From: a virus | Virus record (IMG/VR): IMGVR_UViG_3300045988_050530 | Location: 1-43,070 of that record | Reading direction: 5' to 3' (one strand) | Length of the DNA: 43,070 bases | Shown: one piece after another, positions 31,002 through 39,678 of the stretch | Position numbering within the stretch: the first letter of the stretch is position 1 | How the letters are laid out: every line of letters begins with the position of its first letter | Position numbers and translations under genes: made by a program | The notes under the pieces: model-generated | Told to the model about the DNA's origin: nothing | The model's database searches: none | What the model saw: the letters and a program-made list of their open reading frames with translations, nothing else

Positions 31002-31877
31002 ATGAAAAAGGTTTGCACTATTATTTCTGTTTTGATTGTCGCAGTTGTTATCGCTTTTTCCTGCGCGGATTCCGCGTCTGCAACGACAATTAAAGAAGGA
31101 TATGTCGGCATTGTCTTAAATTGGGGTAAGGCTGAAGCTGATGTTTTGACACCCGGCTTCTACGTCATTCCTCCGTGGAAATCGGTAGTCAAAATGGATT
31201 GCCGCTGGCAGAAATATGAGGTGGTTTGTTCGGCGTTCAGCAAAGATATTCAACAAGTTGACATCAAAATGACCTGCAATTATAAACTGTCAGAAGATGG
31301 AGCAAGACGTATTTATTCACAGGTTGGCGAGGATTACGGCAGTAAAATCATGGAGCCGTGCATCCTGGATGCAGTGAAAGCTGTTTTCTCAAAATATACG
31401 GCAGAAGAATTGATTTCTGAACGAGGAATCATTTCTAGCGAAGTTTATGAAACTATTTATTCAAAAATGGAAATCTATGATGTAAAAATCAAAGATGTCG
31501 CCATTACGGATATTGATTTTTCTGATGCCTTTACCGACGCAGTGGAAGCTAAACAGGTTGCCACGCAGAAGAAACTGCAAACGCAGACCGAACAGGAGCA
31601 GCAGACCATCATTGCCGAGGCCGAAGCAGAACGTGAAAAAATTAAGGCACAGGCTGATGCAGAAAAAAAGAAGATCGCGGCTGAGGCCGATGCGGAAGCA
31701 GTTAGGATTCAAGCTGACGCAGAAAGTTATCGCCTTGAAGTAGAATCGAAGAACATTACGGACAAAGTGATCCAGAAAGAATACATTAAAAAGTGGAATG
31801 GTCAGCTGCCGATTATCAGCGGAGACAGCGCAACGCCGATTGTGAATATGACCGAATTGTTGAATGGTGAAAAATAA
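31002..31877 (+). CDS. SPFH / band-7 (prohibitin/HflC-like) membrane protein
   Basis: N-terminal anchor VCTIISVLIVAVVIAF. Band-7 core (IKEGYVGIVLNWGK, PGFYVIPPW, DVKIKDVAITDIDFSDAFTDAVEAKQVA). A/E/Q coiled coil. The gene is visibly AT-richer than its neighbours. Confidence 0.85.
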   Translation: MKKVCTIISVLIVAVVIAFSCADSASATTIKEGYVGIVLNWGKAEADVLTPGFYVIPPWKSVVKMDCRWQKYEVVCSAFSKDIQQVDIKMTCNYKLSEDGARRIYSQVGEDYGSKIMEPCILDAVKAVFSKYTAEELISERGIISSEVYETIYSKMEIYDVKIKDVAITDIDFSDAFTDAVEAKQVATQKKLQTQTEQEQQTIIAEAEAEREKIKAQADAEKKKIAAEADAEAVRIQADAESYRLEVESKNITDKVIQKEYIKKWNGQLPIISGDSATPIVNMTELLNGEK

Positions 31878-31894
31878 CAAGAGGAGATCAATTC

Positions 31895-32224
31895 ATGAAT
31901 AACACGCCTAAATGTCCCGGATGCGGGGCTGACATGGAGTTGATGCATTTGTGTAACGCCGCATTTTGCTACGTCTGCACGAAATGCGGCTGGGATTCGC
32001 CAACCGGCATTGATTCCGAATCGGCGTTCCGAATGGCGATGCGCCGCGCCGAGCCGGTACAACATGGTTATTGGATTATTCCTACGCCGCCCGACGTTTA
32101 TACATACTGCAAAATTGTGTGTAGCGTTTGCAACCAAGTTGCAGGAAAGCACCAGACCGAATACTGCCCGCGCTGCGGCGCAAAAATGGATTTACCAAGA
32201 CCAAGGAGTAATAGCGATGAGTGA
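31895..32224 (+). CDS. Lar-like zinc-ribbon protein (restriction-alleviation family-like)
   Basis: PKCPGCGADM...CTKCGWDS zinc ribbon followed by AFRMAMRRAEP (compare the Lar-family ...WNRRA motif). A second ribbon, CSVCN...CPRCG. Confidence 0.55.
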   Translation: MNNTPKCPGCGADMELMHLCNAAFCYVCTKCGWDSPTGIDSESAFRMAMRRAEPVQHGYWIIPTPPDVYTYCKIVCSVCNQVAGKHQTEYCPRCGAKMDLPRPRSNSDE

Positions 32225-32687
32225 AAAACCGAAATGCCCATATTGCGGAGACAGGATGGAAACCTGCACCTCTCTGATTACACCCGCGCTGGATCTTATC
32301 TCCGCGTGGTATCAATGTGTGACGTGCGAAAGCACATCGCCGCGCATAGAGTTTTCCGGAAACACGTCGAACGAAAAAATTATAGAACGGCTGCAAGCTG
32401 CGGCGTCGCGTCGCGCAGAGCCGAAGAATCGCGTGCTGACGCTGGAAGAGCTGGACGCATATTGCGAAGGCGGCGCTGATGCTGCGCCGCTATGGGTGGA
32501 GTTTGACGGAGGCATAAACGGATGGGTACTGATTACGCCAGTTAGAGAGACCTGTAAAATGGATTTTGTGAGCAAGTATCTTGCGATGATGGGGATTTTG
32601 TACGAAAAAGAATGGCGCTGCTGGCTGCGCAAGCCGACGGACGCGGAAATGAGGGAAACGCCGTGGGCAGGTGATAGCCGTGAATGA
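32217..32687 (+). CDS. Lar-like zinc-ribbon protein, second copy, with extra C-terminal domain
   Basis: AAGGAG RBS. PKCPYCGDRM...CVTCEST ribbon followed by LQAAASRRAEP. Confidence 0.55.
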   Translation: MSEKPKCPYCGDRMETCTSLITPALDLISAWYQCVTCESTSPRIEFSGNTSNEKIIERLQAAASRRAEPKNRVLTLEELDAYCEGGADAAPLWVEFDGGINGWVLITPVRETCKMDFVSKYLAMMGILYEKEWRCWLRKPTDAEMRETPWAGDSRE

Positions 32688-32877
32688 CGCGCCATGCCGC
32701 GACTGCGCGAGCCGCGAGGTCGGCTGTCACGCGGGATGCGAGAGATACAAGGCGTATGCCGACGGACGGAAAACGGTGCTGGAAAACCGCTACACGGCTT
32801 GCCTGGAGGAAACAAGCAGAAAGCGCAGTCGTGAGCGCTGGGAAAAATTTCAGAAAAAGGTGCAAAAAGGAGGTTAA
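32671..32877 (+). CDS. Small Cys-rich protein
   Basis: APCRDCASREVGCHAGCERY motif. GTG start, either 32671 or 32680. Confidence 0.5.
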   Translation: MIAVNDAPCRDCASREVGCHAGCERYKAYADGRKTVLENRYTACLEETSRKRSRERWEKFQKKVQKGG

Positions 32878-32879
32878 TA

Positions 32880-33308
32880 ATGCAGTTGACGGAAGCAGAC
32901 AAGCGAACGCTACTCGACACACGAAAAAAGCGCAAGGCGTATGTTAGGACGGAAGAAGCCTACGAGGAAGAGAAAGCCGCCTATCTGACGGCGCAAAAGC
33001 TCACGGGCATGCCGTCTGGCTCGTCCAGCGGTGCAGGGCTTGAAGCCTATGTCATACGGCGTGACAAGGCTTTCGAGGCGCTGCAAGCTGCGAGCATGGC
33101 ATACTTTACGGCGATATACGCGGCACTTGAGGTGATCGACAAGATTGTGTTGCAAATCGAAACACTTGAGAAGGTCAGCCGAGTGCGTGAGTTTTGCAAG
33201 GCGTATTTTATCGAGGGGCTGTCCGTCACTGAGGCAACGGCGCGTCAAGGGCTGGCCGAAAGTACGGGCTGGGCGTACAAGAGGGAGATTATAGGCGACT
33301 TGCAGTAG
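32880..33308 (+). CDS. Putative late-gene transcriptional activator (sigma-70 region-4-like HTH; ArpU/RinA-type position)
   Basis: C-terminal HTH FIEGLSVTEATARQGLAESTGWAYKREII. It is the last early-side gene before the packaging module. Confidence 0.55.
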   Translation: MQLTEADKRTLLDTRKKRKAYVRTEEAYEEEKAAYLTAQKLTGMPSGSSSGAGLEAYVIRRDKAFEALQAASMAYFTAIYAALEVIDKIVLQIETLEKVSRVREFCKAYFIEGLSVTEATARQGLAESTGWAYKREIIGDLQ

Positions 33309-33409
33309 ACTTATAGAGCGGTTGGAGCTACACATAGAGTGCGACCGTGTGATAACATTAAAATCAGCGGAGAGCGCAAAGCGCAGGACGCTGGCAAATA
33401 ATCAGCAGC

Positions 33410-33441
33410 AAAGCCGCGGCGAACGTCACGGCTTTTGTTTT
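33410..33441 (+). terminator. Probable rho-independent terminator upstream of the late operon
   Basis: AAAGCCG ... CGGCTTT stem (12-nt loop) followed by TGTTTT. Confidence 0.5.
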
Positions 33442-33557
33442 GGGGTGATTTGTGCTTTACCTCCGGCGCAAATCGGGACGCAACGCAACAGGGACGCAGA
33501 GTGGGAGCGGCGTTGCTTATGCTGATTCAGGAGGATGTGCAGGGGAGGGCTTGCGGC

Positions 33558-34331
33558 ATGGGAAAAAAGCAAGTTCAAAAAAACAGTCTTGATATCGCGT
33601 TTGACAGCGCGATTGACTTTGAACTCGACTTCGACCTTGACGATTTCGATCTGACGCTTGGAGAAGAAAACGAAGACGAGGGCGGATTCAAAACGCGAAT
33701 CATGCGCCCGAAAATGAACGTGAAAAACGTTTCGCACAAGGTCGTCTATCGGAACGCTGAAAAGCTGGCGGAGAAAATCGACCTGACGGAAGGGGCAAGA
33801 ACATTCGCATGGGTGTCTGGCGATTTCATTTTCGGCGACCTCTTGGAAGCACTGGTGATGAAAAAACGCATCAGCCCGAAAAAAATATATATTTGTTCGC
33901 TGGGAATGTCGCAAGACAACATCGACAGTCTGCGGAACATCATCGAGTGGACGGACTTGGAGCAGCTAACCATCCTGCTTTCGGGCTACTTCTACTCACA
34001 CGAGAAAGAGCGCCTTATCCCGTATCTGTACAAGGAGCTTGACGTTGGCGACAAAACGCAAGTCGCCTTCTCAAACTACCACTGCAAAATCATCACCGTT
34101 GAAACGTTTCCGGGGCATTTCTTCACGATTCACGGGAGTGCAAATATGCGCTCGTCGAACTCGATTGAGCAAATCGTCATCGAGGAAGGAGAAGAGCTGT
34201 ACCGATTCAATGCAGACATCATGGATGAGCAAGCGAGGCTGTACGGCACGATCAATCACGATGCACCACAAAACTATTACATCAGGAGGGATGCAGCATG
34301 GCAAGCGGTTCAGGAAAGTTCGCGAAGATAA
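33558..34331 (+). CDS. PLD-superfamily (single HKD-like motif, Nuc-like) protein with acidic N-terminus
   Basis: YHCKIITVETFPGHFFTIHGSANMRSSNSIEQ fits HxK(x)4(D/E)...GSxN...N.E. N-terminal DFELDFDLDDFDLTLGEENEDEGG. Start is ATG 33558 (alternative 33519). Confidence 0.6.
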   Translation: MGKKQVQKNSLDIAFDSAIDFELDFDLDDFDLTLGEENEDEGGFKTRIMRPKMNVKNVSHKVVYRNAEKLAEKIDLTEGARTFAWVSGDFIFGDLLEALVMKKRISPKKIYICSLGMSQDNIDSLRNIIEWTDLEQLTILLSGYFYSHEKERLIPYLYKELDVGDKTQVAFSNYHCKIITVETFPGHFFTIHGSANMRSSNSIEQIVIEEGEELYRFNADIMDEQARLYGTINHDAPQNYYIRRDAAWQAVQESSRR

Positions 34332-34420
34332 ACAAGCTCAGATCGTCCACGGCGGCGAGCAGGCGCAGGACAAAGCGCTCAAAGGCTGAAAAAGCGTGGA
34401 CTGGCGATCTGCCGTTCTAA
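34298..34420 (+). CDS. Small basic protein ending in an SSB-tip-like motif (40 aa, not in the ORF track)
   Basis: ATG lies 7 nt after AGGAGGG. MASGSGKFAKINKLRSSTAASRRRTKRSKAEKAWTGDLPF. Overlaps the end of the PLD-like gene. Confidence 0.35.
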   Translation: MASGSGKFAKINKLRSSTAASRRRTKRSKAEKAWTGDLPF

Positions 34421-34442
34421 CGCTCGATAAGGAGGAATCGGA

Positions 34443-34859
34443 ATGCCGCGTGGGGTGCACCCGAACAGCCTTGCAAATCTGAAACGCGGTAAACGATTCG
34501 GGAACGGCGACGATTCGGCGACGATTGACGCAAGCAGGAGTGGAAAGAACGGCACGAAAAAGCAGCGAGAGAAAAAGACGCTCGCCGAGTGCATGAGCTT
34601 GATTCTCGATGCGTCAGTCAAAGACGAAAACCTCAAAGCACAGATGAGCGGTATGTTCGGCATCGAAGACGATGACAAGACATACGGTATGGCGCTGATG
34701 ATTGCAATGTTCCAGCGCGGAATGAAGGGCGACGTTTCAGCGGCGAAGTTCGCGGCGGAGCTTGCGAACAGCAAGAGCGACGCGGAGAAGCAGCTCGACC
34801 GTGTGCAGGAGATTATGAAGCGGCTTGACGCAGAATCAGGAGCGCCAAATGCTCAGTAA
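34443..34859 (+). CDS. terS: Terminase small subunit
   Basis: TAAGGAGG RBS. 138 aa with a basic N-terminus, overlapping the large subunit start. Assignment mainly by position. Confidence 0.7.
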   Translation: MPRGVHPNSLANLKRGKRFGNGDDSATIDASRSGKNGTKKQREKKTLAECMSLILDASVKDENLKAQMSGMFGIEDDDKTYGMALMIAMFQRGMKGDVSAAKFAAELANSKSDAEKQLDRVQEIMKRLDAESGAPNAQ

Positions 34860-36063
34860 AAAGCAGCGCGAATACCGTCGCGAAGCAACGGCTACATGGA
34901 ACATCAAAATCGGCGCGACGCGCTCAGGCAAGACATACGGCGACTATTTCATCCTGCCGAAGCGTCTGATCGAGGGTGAAGGGAAACCGGGGCTTAACGT
35001 CATCCTTGGGAACACACGCGGAACGATACAGCGAAATATCATTGACCCGATGCAGGAGATATGGGGAACGGATATGATCTCCGACATCAAAAGCGACAAC
35101 ACGGCGGTTCTGTTCGGTCAGCGCGTCTACTGTCTGGGCGCGGATAACGCAAAGCACGTAGACCGTCTGCGCGGACAAAGCGTCAAATATTGTTACGGCG
35201 ACGAGGTCGTTACATGGTCGGAATCCGTCTTCGCGATGCTTCAATCGCGTTTAGACAAGCCGTACAGCCTTTTTGATGGGACGTGCAACCCGGAAGGCCC
35301 GAATCACTGGTTCAAGCAGCGGCTAGACAAAGCTGGCGCTGACTGGTACATCCAGCAATACACGATTGACGACAACCCTTTCCTTGACAAGCGCGTAAAA
35401 GAGCGAATGAAGAAGGATTTCGAGGGTACTGTCTACTATGACCGATACATATTAGGGCGCTGGGCACAAGCCGAGGGCATGATCTACCCCGGTTATTCCT
35501 CAGCGCTCGAAACACCGTTCACGCCGCCGCGCTGGCGTGATGTTTTTATGTCCATCGACTACGGCACGCAAAACGCCTTCGCTGCTCTGCTATGGGGCAA
35601 AAGCGAGGGCGTTTGGCATATTTTCCGGGAATACCGCTATTCAGGACGCGACACGCAAGTGCAAAAGACCGATGAGGACTATGTGCGCGACATGGAGCGG
35701 TTTGTCAGCGAGAGCCTGCTGGAAGACCAGCAGCGCGGCGTGATGACAATCATTGACCCTTCGGCCGCATCGTTCATCGCGGCGCTCAGGCGTTCGCGGC
35801 TTGCCTTCCGTGTTAGGAAGGCAGATAACGACGTGCTGGACGGCATCCGCGACGTTGCGGTTTGCATGCAGCGCGGCGACGTGCGGATTTTCGACAATCT
35901 GCCGGAGCTGCGGAAAGAGTTTGACGGCTATGTTTGGGACGACAAGGCGGACGACAAGCCGATCAAGGTCAACGATCACTTAATGGACGCGCTGCGCTAT
36001 GGAGTGCGCACCATGCGGCTAGTCAAGCCAAAAGAAGAGTATAAAAGCCCATTTTTCGCATAA
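34849..36063 (+). CDS. terL: Terminase large subunit (PBSX/Terminase_3-like)
   Basis: Walker A IGATRSGKT. C-terminal nuclease-type motifs IIDPSAASF and DHLMDALRY. AGGAG RBS before ATG 34849. Confidence 0.9.
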   Translation: MLSKKQREYRREATATWNIKIGATRSGKTYGDYFILPKRLIEGEGKPGLNVILGNTRGTIQRNIIDPMQEIWGTDMISDIKSDNTAVLFGQRVYCLGADNAKHVDRLRGQSVKYCYGDEVVTWSESVFAMLQSRLDKPYSLFDGTCNPEGPNHWFKQRLDKAGADWYIQQYTIDDNPFLDKRVKERMKKDFEGTVYYDRYILGRWAQAEGMIYPGYSSALETPFTPPRWRDVFMSIDYGTQNAFAALLWGKSEGVWHIFREYRYSGRDTQVQKTDEDYVRDMERFVSESLLEDQQRGVMTIIDPSAASFIAALRRSRLAFRVRKADNDVLDGIRDVAVCMQRGDVRIFDNLPELRKEFDGYVWDDKADDKPIKVNDHLMDALRYGVRTMRLVKPKEEYKSPFFA

Positions 36064-36078
36064 GGAGGTGATAGCCCG

Positions 36079-37452
36079 ATGGGCAGAATCGTCACGTATC
36101 AGGATTTCGTCGATTTCGGCGACAGCGACGAGCAGCGCATTACAGCTATCAAGCAGCTTATTTTCCAACACAAATCGAGCGATTTTTGCGAGATAGCGCG
36201 AGACGCTGACCTTTACGACGCACAGAAGAACAAAACCATCATGCAGGCTGCGCCGCTCCTGTACGCGCTGAACGGAATGAAAGTGAAGGATTACACCGCG
36301 AGCAACCATCAAATCGCGTCTAACTTCTTCCGGCAGCTCAACAAGCAGCGCGCAACGTACTCACTCGGCAACGGTGTGACGTTCACGCGCGACGGCGTGA
36401 AGGAAAAACTGGGAAAGGACTTTGACACCGACATTTCGAACGCGGCGTATCTGGCACTGATTCACGGCGTTTGCTATGTGTTTCTCGATGTTGATCACTT
36501 ACACCGCTTCCCCGCGTATCAGTTCGCGCCGCTATGGGATGAGCGCAACAGCGCCTTGCGGGCTGGTGTGCGCTACTGGCGCATTGACGACAATCACCCC
36601 GGCTATGCCGCACTTTACGAGGAAGACGGCTTCACGGTCTACAAAGCCGAGAGGGGAGACGATTACAAGATTGACCAACCGAAGCGTGCGTACAAGCTGA
36701 CCGTGCAGAAAGCCGCGATTGACGATGAGGAAACCATCGTCGGCGGTGAGAATTACAGCGGCCTGCCTATCGTGCCGCTCTGGGGAAGCGACTTGCATCA
36801 GTCAACGCTTGTCGGCATGCGCGGCGCGATTGACGCATACGACCTTGTGTGTTCAGATTTCGCGAACGACCTCTCGGAGTGCAGCCAAATCTACTGGCTC
36901 GTTGAGAATTACGGAGGCATGTCTGATGCGGATTTGGCCAAGTTCCGCGACAGGCTGAAACTTACGCACATCGCGGAGGCAGACACGCAGGACGGCGGGA
37001 AGATTACGCCATACACGCAAGAGCCGCCGAGCGCATCGAGAAGCGCGTTTCTGGCGCAGATCAAGGACGATATCTACCGCAACTTCGGCGCATTTGACGC
37101 ACAGACTGTGCAGGCGGGAAGCAAGACCGCGACGGAGATCAATGCCGCGTATCAAGCCCTCGACCAAAACGCGGATGATTTTGAGTATCAACTGACCGTT
37201 TGCATCCGTCAGCTTTTGGCGCTCGTTGGCGTTCCCGATGACGTTTTTCCGACGTACAAGCGCAACCGCATCAGCAACCAGCTTGAACAGGTTCAAATGC
37301 TGATGCTCGAAGCACCGTATCTTGACAGACAGACGATCCTCGAGAATCTGCCGAACATCTACATTGACAAAGTGCCGGAGATCATGGCGCGGCTGGACGA
37401 GGAAACGGAAGGGCGGTTTGTGCGCAAGGAATCGGAGGAGGAAACGACGTGA
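36079..37452 (+). CDS. Portal protein (SPP1 gp6-like)
   Basis: 457 aa immediately after terL. Acidic C-terminus. Standard position and size. Confidence 0.85.
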   Translation: MGRIVTYQDFVDFGDSDEQRITAIKQLIFQHKSSDFCEIARDADLYDAQKNKTIMQAAPLLYALNGMKVKDYTASNHQIASNFFRQLNKQRATYSLGNGVTFTRDGVKEKLGKDFDTDISNAAYLALIHGVCYVFLDVDHLHRFPAYQFAPLWDERNSALRAGVRYWRIDDNHPGYAALYEEDGFTVYKAERGDDYKIDQPKRAYKLTVQKAAIDDEETIVGGENYSGLPIVPLWGSDLHQSTLVGMRGAIDAYDLVCSDFANDLSECSQIYWLVENYGGMSDADLAKFRDRLKLTHIAEADTQDGGKITPYTQEPPSASRSAFLAQIKDDIYRNFGAFDAQTVQAGSKTATEINAAYQALDQNADDFEYQLTVCIRQLLALVGVPDDVFPTYKRNRISNQLEQVQMLMLEAPYLDRQTILENLPNIYIDKVPEIMARLDEETEGRFVRKESEEETT

Positions 37453-38666
37453 AGCGCTATGGCATACCGTACAAAGGGAGTAAAAACAGCATAGCGCGGA
37501 AAATAGTCAGTTTTCTTCCATCGGCTGATGTTTTAATCGATATCTGCGCTGGCGGTTGCGCTATAACACACGCAGCGCTTGAAATTTGTGAAGGGCTTGC
37601 ACCGAAGTGGGAGCGGATTGTAGCGAACGACATTTGCGAAATGCCGTTAAAGCTGTTCGAGGGCGCAATATGCGGAGAGTATGCGGATGAAAAGCGCTGG
37701 ATTGATCGAGAAACGTTTCAAAAATTGAAAGATGTTGACCCGTATGTAAGATATTGTTGGAGCTTTGGAAATAACGGAATCAACTATCTATATGCGCAGG
37801 AAGTGGAACCATGGAAAAAAGCGCTGCACTATGCGCGGGTTTTTGGCGACACGTCGCTCCTACGAAATATGGGAATTGACGGCGACGGAAGCCGCGCAGA
37901 CGTTCTGGCACATGAAGCCGAGTACAAGGATAAATATATTCGGTGGTGGCTTTCACAACAAGAATACGCACCGGCAGAGCTTGACGAACTGATTAAAAAC
38001 GCGAAAGCAGATATCGAGAGAGACGAGGAAGAACTGAGGGTGTATCTTCTGAAAGCCTTGAAAACGTCAGGCTTGACGCAGGCCGAGGTTCAGCGTCGTC
38101 TCGGAACGCAGATGGCGGGGCATTACTTCGGGCGCTCACAATGGGAGTTCCCGACGCAGGAAATGTACCAACGTATGCAGGAGTTTATGCCGCTTCCCGA
38201 CGATTACAATGAGCTTGTCGGATTGTACAGGCTTAGGCAAAGTCTGCAAAGTCTGCAAAGGCTGCAAAGTCTGCAAAGGCTGCAAAGTCTGCAAAGGCTG
38301 CAAAGTCTGCAAAGGCTGCAAAGTCTGCAAAGGCTGCAAAGGCTGGAAATCTCATTCGAAAGCTATGAAAACGTCAAAATTCCAGAAAATAGTGTGATTT
38401 ACGCAGATATCCCGTATCAAGACACGGACTGCGGCAGTTATGAAGGATTCGACCATGAATCCTTTTTTAATTGGGCAGCGGAGCAGAAAACTCCCGTATT
38501 TATCAGCAGTTACAAAGTGGAGGACGAGCGCTTCACGTGCGTTTTTGAGTGTGACAAGCGATCTCTGAACAACGGAAAAGGTTCCGGGAAACTGATGAAA
38601 GAGCGGATTTATGCGAACGCGGCGGGGGTGACGGCACTTGGCCGATCAAGCGGTACTGTGGACTGA
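37449..38666 (+). CDS. D12-class N6-adenine DNA methyltransferase (Dam-like) containing an in-frame tandem repeat
   Basis: N-terminal IPYKGSKNSIARKI...LIDICAGGCA (AdoMet pocket pattern) and catalytic VIYADIPYQDT (DPPY-type motif IV). GTGA overlap with portal. AT-richer than its neighbours. Confidence 0.8.
   Translation: MKRYGIPYKGSKNSIARKIVSFLPSADVLIDICAGGCAITHAALEICEGLAPKWERIVANDICEMPLKLFEGAICGEYADEKRWIDRETFQKLKDVDPYVRYCWSFGNNGINYLYAQEVEPWKKALHYARVFGDTSLLRNMGIDGDGSRADVLAHEAEYKDKYIRWWLSQQEYAPAELDELIKNAKADIERDEEELRVYLLKALKTSGLTQAEVQRRLGTQMAGHYFGRSQWEFPTQEMYQRMQEFMPLPDDYNELVGLYRLRQSLQSLQRLQSLQRLQSLQRLQSLQRLQSLQRLQRLEISFESYENVKIPENSVIYADIPYQDTDCGSYEGFDHESFFNWAAEQKTPVFISSYKVEDERFTCVFECDKRSLNNGKGSGKLMKERIYANAAGVTALGRSSGTVD
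38238..38345 (+). repeat. 9-bp tandem repeat x12 (CAAAGTCTG / CAAAGGCTG) encoding (QSL/QRL)n
   Basis: Direct reading. The units alternate almost perfectly, and all are in frame within the methylase gene. Confidence 0.95.
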
Positions 38667-39678
38667 TAAGCAGATCGAAGAGCTAGAGCGGCGCATCCGT
38701 GACGTGTACACTGACGCGGCGGCTGATATTCAGCGCAAGCTCGACAAGTTCATCGCGAAATTCCGCAGGGATGATAAAAAGTATCGTGCGCAGCTCGAAG
38801 CGGGAGAGATCACGCAAGAGACGTACCGCGATTGGCTGGCGGGGCAAGTGTTCCAGGGAAAGCGCTGGCGTCAGATGCTTTCCAACATGACGGAGACGCT
38901 GACGCATAGCAATGAGCTTGCCATGCAGATCATCAACGACACGACCCCGGAAGCGTTTGCCTATAATGCAAACTGGTCGAGCTATATGCTCGAAAAGGGC
39001 GGACGGATAAACATGGGCTTTGAGCTGTACGACGCATCAACCGTCAAGCAGCTTATCCGCGACCAGCCCGACCTTCTGCCGCCGTCAAAGGTGGATATAC
39101 CGGTAGACAAGCGTTGGAATCATACGCAGATCACGCAGCAGATCACGCAGGGCATCCTTCAAGGTGAACCGCTTGAGACGGTTGTGAAGCGATTGCAGCG
39201 CGTGACGACGGCGAACGAGGTCAGCGCAAGGCGACACGCGAGAACCGCAATGACCTACGCGCAGAACGCGGGACGAATCGAAAGCTATCATCAGGCGGCA
39301 AAGCTGGGTATCAAGCTGCAAAAGGAGTGGCGGGCGACGCTGGACAACCACACGCGCCACTCTCACGCCATGCTTGACGGACAGCGCGTAGACGTAGACA
39401 AGCCGTTTCAAAGCGAGCTGGGCGAGATCATGTGTCCGGGCGACCCGAACGCAAGACCCGCGAACGTGTACAACTGCCGGTGTGCGCTCGTGTCGTACAA
39501 TCCAAAATATCCGCCGCGAAATGAGACGCGGATCGACAACATCACCCGCGAAACAATACCGTTCAAGACCTACGCGGAGTGGGCGGGATGGAAGGAGACG
39601 AACAATGGCGGGAAATCTGATCGACAACAGCGCGGCGTTTCTGGCAGAACTGGAACGCGCAAAGGCGCGGGCGCTTGA
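38638..39678 (+). CDS. Minor head protein (SPP1 gp7 / Mu F-like head morphogenesis protein)
   Basis: WRATLDNHTRHSHAMLDGQRVDVDKPF...PGDPNARPANVYNCRCALVS matches the Phage_Mu_F pattern. TTG start. Confidence 0.8.
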   Translation: MADQAVLWTDKQIEELERRIRDVYTDAAADIQRKLDKFIAKFRRDDKKYRAQLEAGEITQETYRDWLAGQVFQGKRWRQMLSNMTETLTHSNELAMQIINDTTPEAFAYNANWSSYMLEKGGRINMGFELYDASTVKQLIRDQPDLLPPSKVDIPVDKRWNHTQITQQITQGILQGEPLETVVKRLQRVTTANEVSARRHARTAMTYAQNAGRIESYHQAAKLGIKLQKEWRATLDNHTRHSHAMLDGQRVDVDKPFQSELGEIMCPGDPNARPANVYNCRCALVSYNPKYPPRNETRIDNITRETIPFKTYAEWAGWKETNNGGKSDRQQRGVSGRTGTRKGAGA

